This document shows positions 21,201 through 33,200 of a stretch of 33,263 bases of DNA, one piece after another. Source of the stretch: Lenisia limosa (Eukaryota; Protista; Breviatea). The stretch lies in assembly GCA_001655205.1 (NCBI GenBank), contig LPNZ01010979.1:1-33263 (forward strand), written 5' to 3'. The notes below the pieces were generated by a model that was not told the DNA's origin, did no database searches, and saw only the letters and a list, made by a program, of their open reading frames with translations. How positions within the stretch are numbered: position 1 is the stretch's first letter; each line of letters opens with the position of its first letter. A program made the translations under genes and the position numbers.

Positions 21201-24200
21201 ATACATGTGTGTGGGGGTGTTGTGAACCCCTCTATTCTCCTTTAAGTTTTTTTTTTTTTTTTTTCTTCCCAGTTTCCTATCAAAACTAAAAAATATAAAA
21301 ACTAAAAAAAAANNNNNNNNNNNNNNNNNNNNNNNNNNNNNNNNNNNNNNNNNNNNNNNNNNNNNNNNNNNNNNNNNNNNNNNNNNNNNNATTGGTCAAT
21401 AGTCATCGGCAAACTGGGATCCAGAAAATCGAATCGGGCTATCCAAACATACAATCATGCTTTCTTTTGCTGGCTTCTTGGCCTCACGATCAGCTGCTCG
21501 CTTGGCTTGGCTTTATCCTCCTTGCTCGCTGGCGCGCAATTTCCCAAATTTTACACTCCTGTGACCTTCTTTTATATGTTTCTACGCTGATTTAGTAGGT
21601 TTTCTACTATAATCTATTTAAATCAGGAAAATCAAAAAGAAGGCATTTTTGAAAAAGTNNNNNNNNNNNNNNNNNNNNNNNNNNNNNNNNNNNNNNNNNN
21701 NNNNNNNNNNNNNNNNNNNNNNNNNNNNNNNNNNNNNNNNNNNNNNNNNNNNNNNNNNNNNNNNNNNNNNNNNNNNNNNNNNNNNNNNNNNCGAAAATAA
21801 ACCATTTCGGATCGTGAGCTTATCTGATATATGTATGGTAGTATGTATACTACATACTACATAGTAGGATATGATGTATACATATCATACATCTATGATA
21901 GACTATATGTGTCTCCTGTGTATTCTTGAATTTCTTTTGTATTTTAAGTTCCCACTTTTTAGATTTACTGAATGTACCCGTTTGGGACTTTATGACGGTT
22001 TGGGGGGACAGAGTATTATCGAAAAGTCAAAAACAGTAAAATTCAGCATTTCGTGAATTATTTGGTACAATATCATATGTATTACATCTACTACCATCAC
22101 ATCTATGGAGCTGATGATTCAATGTTGCCTTATCTACTACCATCACATCTATGGAGCTGATGATTCAATGTTGCCTTATCTACTACTATCACATCTATGG
22201 AACTGATGGTTCAATGTTGCCTTATATACTACCATCACACCTATGGAGCTGATGGTTCAATGTTGCCTTGGGTGTTCACACTTTTAGAATCAGCCAAGTC
22301 CTGGCTCATACATGGGGGTCAGTCCCCGTTGAGTCATGTGGAGAATATTGAACATCCGTTCCAGGGTAGTACTGACGATTTCCAATTCTTGAGTTTGTGG
22401 GGTATTTCATTCCCTCCTCCAATTGATTTTTTAAAAAGGGGGGTTTTGAAAGAGCTTGGTCACCAATTTATATTATCACATGAATTATATTCCATGATGT
22501 GACTGTAAACGCGTCTCATTTCTACTAGGTTCAGGACCTCTTCAGTCCAATGGAGGACGTGTGTACACGATAGAAAGGGGTATGCTACCTTACTACCTAA
22601 TGGTGTTCTTTTGACTGAGCTCAACATTTCTTCTTTTATATCCAAGCCAAAACACAGCTTTCACAACATGATAAATAATACGTGTTTCCAATGTGATTCA
22701 GAACTACAAGAGTACAGATTAAATCAAGAAATATCAAAATCGTTTTAGTATTGAGGCCAAATGAGGAGTTGTACTGATGTTTTACAGTTGGCTCGCAGAA
22801 GCTGCTCAATATTGATTCTTGGGTCTATAGTCATTCATTTAAAGGCATTGTGTCCACGTCCACTGCCCTTATCGGAATCACAGGTAACACATTTTATTCT
22901 TATCATCAATAAGTAATCATGTTCACATTCAACTATTAGTAATGATTTTATGATGAGAAAGGAGGTTGAGCAATATATATTGTGGTGTATTTTGGGACTG
23001 AAAAAAACTGTGGAATAATTTTAGAAATCCACTCTTTTCTGTTCTGTCCTGCTTGTTAAAAAACATATTTTTACGTTGACCACTTTAACGCAATGTTCTG
23101 ACTATCAAGATTTTGGACGTGCGATCTTGATCTATGGTTCAGGTAACTTTCAAATATGTCTACCAACTGTCTCTCAGGTTTCTCAGGTTAGGCAGGCAAA
23201 CTGCAGCCTCTGTGCATTTGAATATGAAGTTATTTTTTTTACTTGTTATAAGTACACAGTTTAAAAACATAGTCGCTTTTCTTCCTCTATTATGCTCTAT
23301 GACTATTTTTAGGCGGTCTATCTTGACCACTATGATGAATTGTCCCATCTTCGTGGTAAATTTGTCACAGATTTAATGGGCTCAAAGAGTTACACTGCAT
23401 TTTTCTTTGGTATGTCTCGGTCAAATTTTTCCAAAATTTGATTGAGTAAATTCGATTAATTCACCTAGATGACACCTTCGGAATGTGTGGCAATTCAAGA
23501 TTCTTAAAAAAGGTTGCTTTTGCTTTCTATCTAACTGGATAATTTTTTTTCATTTTCCTCAGTTTATAAGGAATTGAAACTCTCTACGGAAGATATTTCA
23601 AATCTAACATTTAGCATTTTGCTATCTTGTAATAAATCGCCTCAAACATACATTTTGCTATCTTGTAATGAATCGCCTCAACCATACATTTTGCTATCCT
23701 GTAATGAATCGCCTAAAACATACATTTTGCTATCTTGTTATGAATCGCCTCAAACATGGTTATACAGTGTGTCTAACTCTCTCTCTAGGAAGAGTTGACT
23801 TTTCCTGAAGACATTTTTGGAGACGCTCTGAGTCAACTGGGCCCCAACAGAAACCTGTATTTCACCAACGACATCATTATGTACTCTTCCAGTGGGAGAG
23901 GATAATGTATTACAAGTCTACCTTAGTATTTATAATAGGCAAGTTCAAAAATTGAAAGAAAATATGTTATTTGCTTCAATATACAGTATGTTAGTTCCCA
24001 TTTCACCAAGTAGATCAAACTAGTTTGGTGGTGTCTGCTTACTCAACCCCTGGACTCACGTCCCCTCTTGGCGGGCCCTCCTTGCCTCCTCTCACCCCTC
24101 GGGTACGTTCTCTATGCCCCACCCAGGAATAGGTCATGATGCTTTTGCATCCAATTCTATTGTTCACCTTTACATTGCTTAATCTATTTTTTTGGCCTAG

Positions 24201-27200
24201 TTATATAGTTTATGTCCAATAATTTCGTTAAAAATCGACTCCCTAACTTTAGCTTGACTTGACAGGTATTGAATCTGAAGACGCCATACTTGAGAATGTT
24301 CGCACCAACTCCGACTGTTGCAGGCTTTTACACGTGTAAGCCACTCACTTCACACTTACTCCCTCATTATGTATACTCCCTGTTGACCTCAACCCTACCC
24401 AATCTTCCAAATTCACCCGATCACCCTGTCGTGTCTTCCTTGTTTGTTTTTGTTTTGTTTTTTTTTGCATCATAACACTTTTTTTTGAGAATATGTTCCA
24501 CCTAGGGCTTCACTTCGGTTCGGAAAAATATCAATAGTTTTCGAGGATTTGTCGAGAAATTCAGTCTTTTTTCGAACCTGCATTTCTCCTTCCTTTCACT
24601 CTTCCCCTCGCAGCATGTACCGACAACTGTGGCACTATAGACCATTCCAGTATCACGATAGCCTACAATCAGGTTCGCTGAAATGTTACAGAACAAATCC
24701 GTATTATGTAGCTTATTATGAGCACTCCTTGTTTTTTGCTTGTCCTCTGATATGTGGCCTTTTTGATCACTTGATAGTTCGGAAATAATATGTTATGTTA
24801 TATCATATTGTGATAATTTATTTTCCATTTTTATGAATACCAGTTTCAATGCGGTACATGACACGTATTGTCGATTTTGACTCTTATTTCACATATGTAT
24901 TTGATATTTTATCTTCTTATTCTGTAGTCTGTTGTTTCTGGAGGCATGGTTGAGCTTGATGTACCAATTTCATCCACACCAGAAAACATTCCTTGGAGAG
25001 TTGAGGTTTGCTCAATCTTTATTATTGTCTTGTATAACTCTTTGATGTGATTATCTGGGAGGTTTTTTGGAGGTTTGAGTAACATTGTTGTATGAATTGA
25101 TAGCTATATTTGAATACACGCTGACCTGAAAAGAAAGAATGATGCAACATTCGTCCTTATAGAAGATTTTTTTGTAAACCTTCTTAACTTTTCCAAAATA
25201 TGTAGCTTGACCTCTTTTGATATTATCAAGGTGGCGGACCAAGTGTACTACCTTCCTGAAAATCGAGGTACAAACAAGTCACGAATCATGATACCCATTC
25301 TAAATGTTCCCCCTGGAAACCACGTAAGTCATACTGACTCTTATACCCAAAATTAGTTCTCATAGTATTGAAGCACAAAACTGTTCTGTTCACTTTGGCC
25401 TTCGTAGTGTTGCTCCCGTAGGATTACTACGCTCTATTGTGGCTTTCAGAAATTGACTGTTTTTTGTCACTTGACTATTTAGACGTTCCACTTCTACTGG
25501 CTCTCAAGCTACACTTCTAAAGAATTTGAGGTAATTACATGACATTCCTGTAGCTACTTTTTTACAATGTGCAGGAGATTATCAACTAACATGACAGCAT
25601 TTTTGAAGTCATTTTGGTTGAATCAATTGATGGCATGGACAAACAGCATTATTTTCCAAGAATAGTTGATTCTCTCTTACGGTGTTCTTACAATATAGGT
25701 TATTGCACCCCTTCCTCTTGTGAAGATACCAGATGTTTTGTCGCTGCCTTATGTATGTCCAGGTCTTGTTTTCTTATCATTGACATTTTTTTCTGAGATC
25801 GCATACATCATATCTCCGATAGTAACAATTCAATATGTTTATTATGAAGATATCATTTATCCCCCAAGTTTACAAAAAGTCTGTGTTTCATTTGTCTATT
25901 TTGATCAACTGTGCCTTTCACTAAGCACTTCCCAACCCTACTAACGCCTAAGATTTTTTTCGAATGGGAAACGCCCCAACTGGACTTCAATGAGACGGTT
26001 TACTGTCTCGCCAAATTCGAGGTTTGATACATTTTACCCTTTTTATGATTGTGCTGTTGAAAGTCGATACTGTGTTTTATAAACTGTATCAAATCATATA
26101 CACGATATACGTCTCATAGTATAGATTAATTATCTACAGTATCTCAATATTATAACGTATGAAAATGGAGATGGGCTGTAATATAAATCGACTTACATTA
26201 CGTTCTTGCTGTGGTGGATAACCGATAGCACACACATTTTGATATACATGACTTGACTTCAACATCAATAGTTGTTCGTTATGCTGCTATGAAGCTGATG
26301 GAAATTTTCCGAAGTGTAGGAAAATAGTTTTTTTTTGTTCATTTTACCTCTTTTATTCTATCCTATAATTTCTTCAGAAGATACGGTCGGTTGCGAAAGC
26401 TGTCGTTGTATCAAATGGATTAAGCTGTACAATCAATGCCACAGACGTAAGTGGATTTTCATCGTGTAATGGGAAGTGGTTTCTCTTACACTCTCTTCTT
26501 ATTCTTCTCTTCGTTCCTCTTGTAGGCAGATCTCAAGTTGGTTCACAACAAATTTGTTGATGTTGCCATTGCACGAAGCTTCCCCGCGTCAGGAGCAGCG
26601 CAACAGACAATGTTAATAAAGGTTCGCCATGGATTACTTCTCTCTTTTCTTTGCTTTACTTGGATAATTAATTTACTGAATTACTGAATAATGTTGACAC
26701 TTTTCCACGTGCCTTTCAGACCATATAAGCTCTGCTCAACACTGTAGGTATCCCTCAGTAGCCATGATGTCCACACTTTGTCTCCAAAAGAAACTCCTGT
26801 CAATACAACAGGCTCCATTTCAGCCTATGGTTCCGGATTTGTTATCGGTTAGTTACCCCAAACATTTGACAACAATTATGTGCAACTGCATTAAAGGATT
26901 TTATTGGGTTACAAGCAGATTGAAATTGCTTCTTGTTTTCATGAATTTAGACCATCTCTATGACGCCCTTCTTGTTAACGCTGATTCCAGTATGTCGCAC
27001 TATATTATACATTAGCATTCAAATCGTCTGAGTTGATGACAGACCAGATTATTTAATGGCCAATCTAATTCTTTTGCTTTTTTCTTCATTAGCAATTGAT
27101 ATTAGTTATCTATTCCAACCATATTCACACGGGAAGTAACAACTTCAGACGAAACCCTTTCGACCATCTGCATCGGTAAAGGCCTGACGGTGATGGCTTG

Positions 27201-30200
27201 CAACTACCCGGCCTACCATACATACTCCCATTTCCATCTTTGGGTATGACAGGGTCAGAAACTTGGCTCTGTGCTTTAGCAAAAAGTGATAAACACATGA
27301 AGAACACCAAGTTTTGTTGCCATTTTCTTGTTTTCCGAATGTTTTATTTTTCTTTTCACCATCAGACAAGGTTAAGTGCCTACTATCCTTATCAGAAGCA
27401 TGACGTCATCTTTACCGTGTCATCCGGGGTGTCTCTCGAAGTGAGGCTCATTATCACCAAACAAATCTTTCAAGAGTATCATTAAAGCCTTTTTGTTTTA
27501 TACTATAATATGAGGTATTTAAGCAAAGAATCTTAAGACTTTAGCATCCTCCATTTCTCACTGCTTGATATCATAGTCTAGAACAGCTCTCAAAGCAATT
27601 TGTTATTGAACAACCCGCAATAGTTCTCTGTAACTTCTTTACAAATTGTTCTACTCTCTTTTGCTGTTATGAATGACCACTTAGGCTGTATTCAGTAACA
27701 CTGACTTCACATACGGCTTTATGCCCGAAACTATTGACTTCAGGGTTTGCAGATGTGTTGGAACATGAATTGCTATATTGTATGTATACATATCATATCA
27801 CTTTTCAAAGAAATATTTCGTGTAATTCAATAAAGCGTCATACATTTAGTTCACTGACGAAGCCGGTAGCACTATCACGGTTTTGGAAGGTTGGTGAATC
27901 TTAATAATGTGTTTTCTTGCTTGATAAAGAAAATAAAGATTGTTGTATTCTGGTAATTGTCAATTCAACAATTACTGTTTCCCTTACAGTTTACTCTTAC
28001 ATAGGATCCATCTACCTTGTTGTTACCCCGGCTCCTATATTGATGAAAGTGCCGGAAACTGTTGCAGTGAATGGTGTTGGGTCCATGAGTATTGAAGTGG
28101 GCATGGGGTGTTACTGTGGTTGTGTTTTGGGGAATAAATTTCAGATTTCCCCTATGATCTCAACATAATTTTTACCACCAAACAAAGAAGTGATTTGGAG
28201 CATTACGATTTATTCAGATTTGAGCAATGATATGTTTCGGTTTTGTCATTTCCTGCAAGTTAGGACAATTTAGCATATTCCAAGATTAGTGTTTCAGAGA
28301 CAAAAATATCTGGCAATTACTCTCTTAGCCCATGAAGTCTTCTCACACCATAGGTAACACTTGAGCAGGGGGTGGAGTATTCTCTTGAAGCTTTTTTTAA
28401 CACTGAAAGCAAGGAAATTGTGGGTTTCTCAGGGAGTCTGCCGTTTGTCGATTAAATCTAATAAATTTTGCGAAAAGTATTCGAGAGTTTTCCACATCGA
28501 TTATTCACTATTTACCCATGACATTCTGTTATATCATATCTTTGGCTTTTGTGACAACTAAGTTTCTAATATTTGGTCCTCATTTTGTGAAAGTTCAACG
28601 CTACTTTTTATTGAGATAAACACAATTAGCTAACACTGGTATCGTATAGTCATCTAACTCAATCCCCAAACTTACCTAAACATGGAGCATCCGTAAACTT
28701 CTGGTGTTGCATTTCTTCTCTTTATAATTGTTACTGGCTTTTCTTTTCAAAGATCAACCCATCAGTCATGCAGATTGTAACCCTTATGTAGGCGAAAATT
28801 ACCGCCAAGCCGTGTCCCTTCCATGCTTTAGGTTCTGTTGTTCACGAACGTCTCTGCCAGTGCCCTCTTGGAACTTTTGTCAATAACACTGCTCCAGGGT
28901 TGGCGTAGGGTCGTGTTTTGGCTGAAAAGAAAAGTTTCATTGACATAAAAGCGTTTCACTTTGTTATAATACAGAGACACCGGTAACCATATTTCAAACG
29001 TATTCTCTTTTATCCTATGTTTCTAGTTGTGCAACAATCCTCATTTCCTTCTAGCATCCCCGTATGTGCGACGTGCGTTTCTGGCACGTACACTGACACA
29101 TACCATGCAGAGGCTTGCTCTTTATGCCCGTTGCGAATGACAAGCTTGCCTGGCGCTGGTAGTATTACTGACTGTTACTGTGACGTTGGATATGATAGCG
29201 GTCTGAGGGGTTTTTCTTGTTCGAATTTGGAAATAACCGTTTAAAGTGAATATATTTTGTCTATTTTGACTTGTTAGAATCTTTTTTTAAAAAAAAAGGT
29301 ATCACTATTGGACTTTCTGGGGGGGGGGGGTCTGATTAACACTACTACANNNNNNNNNNNNNNNNNNNNNNNNNNNNNNNNNNNNNNNNNNNNNNNNNNN
29401 NNNNNNNNNCTTTTGTGCCCTTTGGCTACTTTACATGAATGATGATCCGTTAACACCAACAGTCGGAGACAACTGTTTTTGTCCTCTGGAGTCTTCTGAG
29501 GTCTGCATCCCATGTGGACCCAACTCAAAACGGCGCTCCTATGTTGGTGGTGATTACTTTATTTTCATGAAGCTTGTTGGAATTATGAACTATCAAACAA
29601 AGCAAAGCGGTGGATTATTTAACAAATCAACTTGATCCATCAACCTTTTCATTAGCATTGCCACTTCCACAATATATGTTGACCAATTAGACTGAAGCGC
29701 TCTGCACGTGCAACGAAGGTTATGGTGGTGCTCTCTGTGAACAATGCTCAGCTGGACATTACTCTCCTGAAGGTATGACATCCTTTGATTCATCATAATT
29801 GAGAGCCAAATTTATTTATGAAACGTAATGCATTGGTGAAGAATTCTTGCTATTTAGAGTACAATGAAGGATAAAGGGTGAAGTTTATTAACAAGTTATA
29901 GGTGATGACACTTGCTGGAGTTGCCCGGGTGTGCAGATATCACCCCCGGTATGTAGAAGGTTGTTGTGTGTTGAATGGTGACTCAACGTCAGTTCCCTCG
30001 GAATATTCAATATTTTATGAGGGTGTTCTAAGGTTGCTGCTGTTACATCAGTATTAATCAATTATATTGACAAGACTTCTTTTTATGATATGATATGTAC
30101 TTTCGTATCCTTTTGAAATCTTCATCTTAGTTGATATTTACACCTTTAGGGCTCGACTTCTTTGACAGACTGTGCTTGTCCTCCAGGTAAACCGCGGTTA

Positions 30201-33200
30201 TCTTTTACTATTATTTGGCTCTTTTCACTTTCCTCTCCTTGCTTGTTTTGTTTGATTGTATTTTAGCTTTAGCTTTACAAACCACAGTTATATGAGAACG
30301 TATGGAATCATATGAGTACCGCTTTTTTGTTTTCAAAAGTTACCGATTCAGATACTGAACTCGAAAATTCAGAGTGTGTTTGCAGTGATCGGGACTCTTA
30401 CATGTTTTACTCTGGTATGGGGGTATTNNNNNNNNNNNNNNNNNNNNNNNNNNNNNNNNNNNNNNNNNNNNNNNNNNNNNNNNNNNNNNNNNNNNNNNNN
30501 NNNNNNNNNNNNNNNNNNNNNNNNNNNNNNNNNNNNCTCTAACGTACTAGGAAGCTCAGTTGCGTGCGCCCAGTGCCAGCAATACGCTGTGGCTAACACC
30601 GATTATGACGTGGGCAGGGTGGGACTCTCAAAATACCATTGGGATTTCATATTCCAAACCTTAAGAGTAATGAGTGACTAATGAGTGATTAGTTGAATGT
30701 TATGTTCACCCAAAACAACCGCAGTGTAGATCGCCACCACATCGTACATATCATATACAGTGACCGGGATAAGTCTTGGCCGATTTGCAACATGATTTCT
30801 CATGGAAAATCGGTCAAGACTTATCTGGGTCACTGTATGTACTCTCTTTCTTCTGTTTTGGATTGACTCCCATAGCTGACTGGCACGCAAGAGCCTTGCC
30901 TCTGTATTGAGGGTTACGGTCTGGATGGTGAAGACTGTGTCAAGTGTGACTCCGGATCGCATAAACCGTTGGTATCCAATGGCGTGAGGGGGTATAAAGT
31001 AATCTACAGGAACCGGGATAAGTCTTGACCTATTTTCCTTTGGAAATCACGTAGCAAATCGGTCAAGACTTTTCACGGTCACTTTTATCACCTAATCTGG
31101 GATGAGAGGGGGGGGGGGGGNNNNNNNNNNNNNNNNNNNNNNNNNNNNNNNNNNNNNNNNNNNNNNNNNNNNNNNNNNNNNNNNNNNNNNNNNNNNNNNN
31201 NNNNNNNNNNNNNNNNNNNNNNNNNGTTTGTTCATAGGGCGTGAAATGAGACAAAATCAATTTATCTAGATTTGCTTAACATCATATTGTTACCCATATG
31301 CCTATTTTCAGGGATGATGCTTTGCACCACTCCGCGTTGTTTAAAATATATTTGTTAATGTTCAACAAAAATGGAAGATTTAACTACAACCATAAAGGGA
31401 TAAAGGCTGCTTTTATATTATTATTGTCAAGTGATATGATATATATTTACTGACTCAAAACCCACAATCATATTTACTGATTCAAGACTCACACTCATAT
31501 GCATCCTTTAGGCATGTGACCCTTGTGCTGTTCAGTTCACTGAATCTTCTGCTGAGCGTTTAACTTGCGTCTGTATGGCTACCTTCATCAACGTGGGTTA
31601 TTCTTGGTAATTTTAAGCATTATGACAATGTGTGTTTTTATTTATTTTGTTTTTGTGATGTTTTATTCGTTTTTAGCAAGTTAAACAATATTTCTAACAC
31701 TTTTTTTGAGTGTTTATATGTTCATATGATGGTATTAATAAACATAAAAAAGGTAAACTGACTTTTTTACAGACCGGTTCTTTGCTCGAACCGCACTGTG
31801 AATGCCCCGTAGGCAATGAACTAACTGTAATTGGTCGGGAAGTGGGATTTGGGTTATTTGTTCCCCTATTATACCAATATGTGCCCAATTGCTGCGTACC
31901 CCCCTCCCGTCTTCTCATTTTTCGACTCTTCAACACCGAGCTTTTTTTGTTTGGATGCATGTGCTTGACTTTCCAATATGACTGAGTAGATGGTGTTCCC
32001 CTATGCGCTGCATGTCCGAAAGGCTATATCACGGGTAAGGCTCACTAGATTATGGTATATCATACATATGATATGTATGTAGTATATATATATCATATAT
32101 GTATTATGTATCAAGGAGCCATACGCATATAGCATTGAGAGGGTGACCAAAGTTTAATGATGGTCAAGATCTAACAAAGCTCAAGCAGCATATTTATATT
32201 AGAGAGAAAAAAATTCTGTTATTTTGCTGTGAAAAAGTAGTATTCAGTCAAATATCACTAAAATGATACGTTTTACAATATCTAGGTGACGTTGGATTCT
32301 GCCTCCCTTGTGCGGATGGTGAGACCTCCAACAAGCTCGGTACAAAGTGCATCTGTCTCCATGGGTACTACCTTGATAGTGATACTCAGAAATGCAAAAG
32401 CTGCCCTGAAGGTTTGTTCGGTTCCCTCTTGCCTTTCCTAACCGTTTAGTTTTTTTATGATAACCTAATTAAAACTCACAATTAGGTAGTATTGTATTTT
32501 ATTTTAGACAAATATCTGCGTGTATTTCTCATTGCGTAGCAAAAATGATCCAATTTCCCTTTTTTTACTTGTTTTTTTTTCAAGGTAATCTAAATAATAC
32601 TCTCTTGAAAAGCATAACTATATGTTTTACCAATCGAGGAGGAACATGTGTTGGAGACATGGAGCAGCCAAGCGCTGATGAAGGCTTTTTCCTCAGCTCA
32701 GTCGACGGTCTTATCAATGTGAGGGTCTGACTTTGTCCCAAAGTTACAACTGCTATGATTGTGTTGACACATTGGGACATGATTACCGATATGAATTCGA
32801 ATGAAGTAGTTAGAATATAACTTTTGATCATTATAATTGGTATATGTCTAGTTGGAGCGAATCAAAGCTCCCCAATCAATCAACAATGCTAATTTTGCAG
32901 TGTCCAAGCGGATCATCGGGATGCCTTGGCAGTAACACTTGTGCTGATGGCTATTCGGGTTTCTTGTGTTCACAGTGCGAAGAGGGCTACTACAGGCGAG
33001 GTTTGCATTTGCGATCAATTTCCGAACGTTGGTGTTTTTTTTGGGTAAATAATACCAACTATTTGGAGAGGATGTCCTACTTTGGGTTAATCTCATGATG
33101 TATCAATATATCTACTGTTTTTTATATTTTTATTTCTTTGTTTTTTTGAAACAATAAGTTCATCGCCTGATTATTATTCACTTCCAAACTAGGTAACTAC

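Larger units (their letters stand above)
562..31225. other. Assembly gaps (N runs) at 562-660, 1094-1156, 6013-6022, 14006-14182, 21313-21390, 21659-21791, 29350-29409, 30428-30536, 31121-31225
   Basis: Read directly from the sequence. Five of the nine gaps follow 12-13 nt G or C homopolymers, directly or within about 20 nt. Confidence 0.99.

Noticed and set aside
19943-23757. CRISPR array suggested by 34-46 bp repeats
   Set aside because: The copies are contiguous with no unique spacers, the context is eukaryotic introns, and no cas genes are visible.
424-31260. ORF-track entries containing X runs or poly-Gly/Pro
   Set aside because: They are artefacts of translating through N-gaps and homopolymers.
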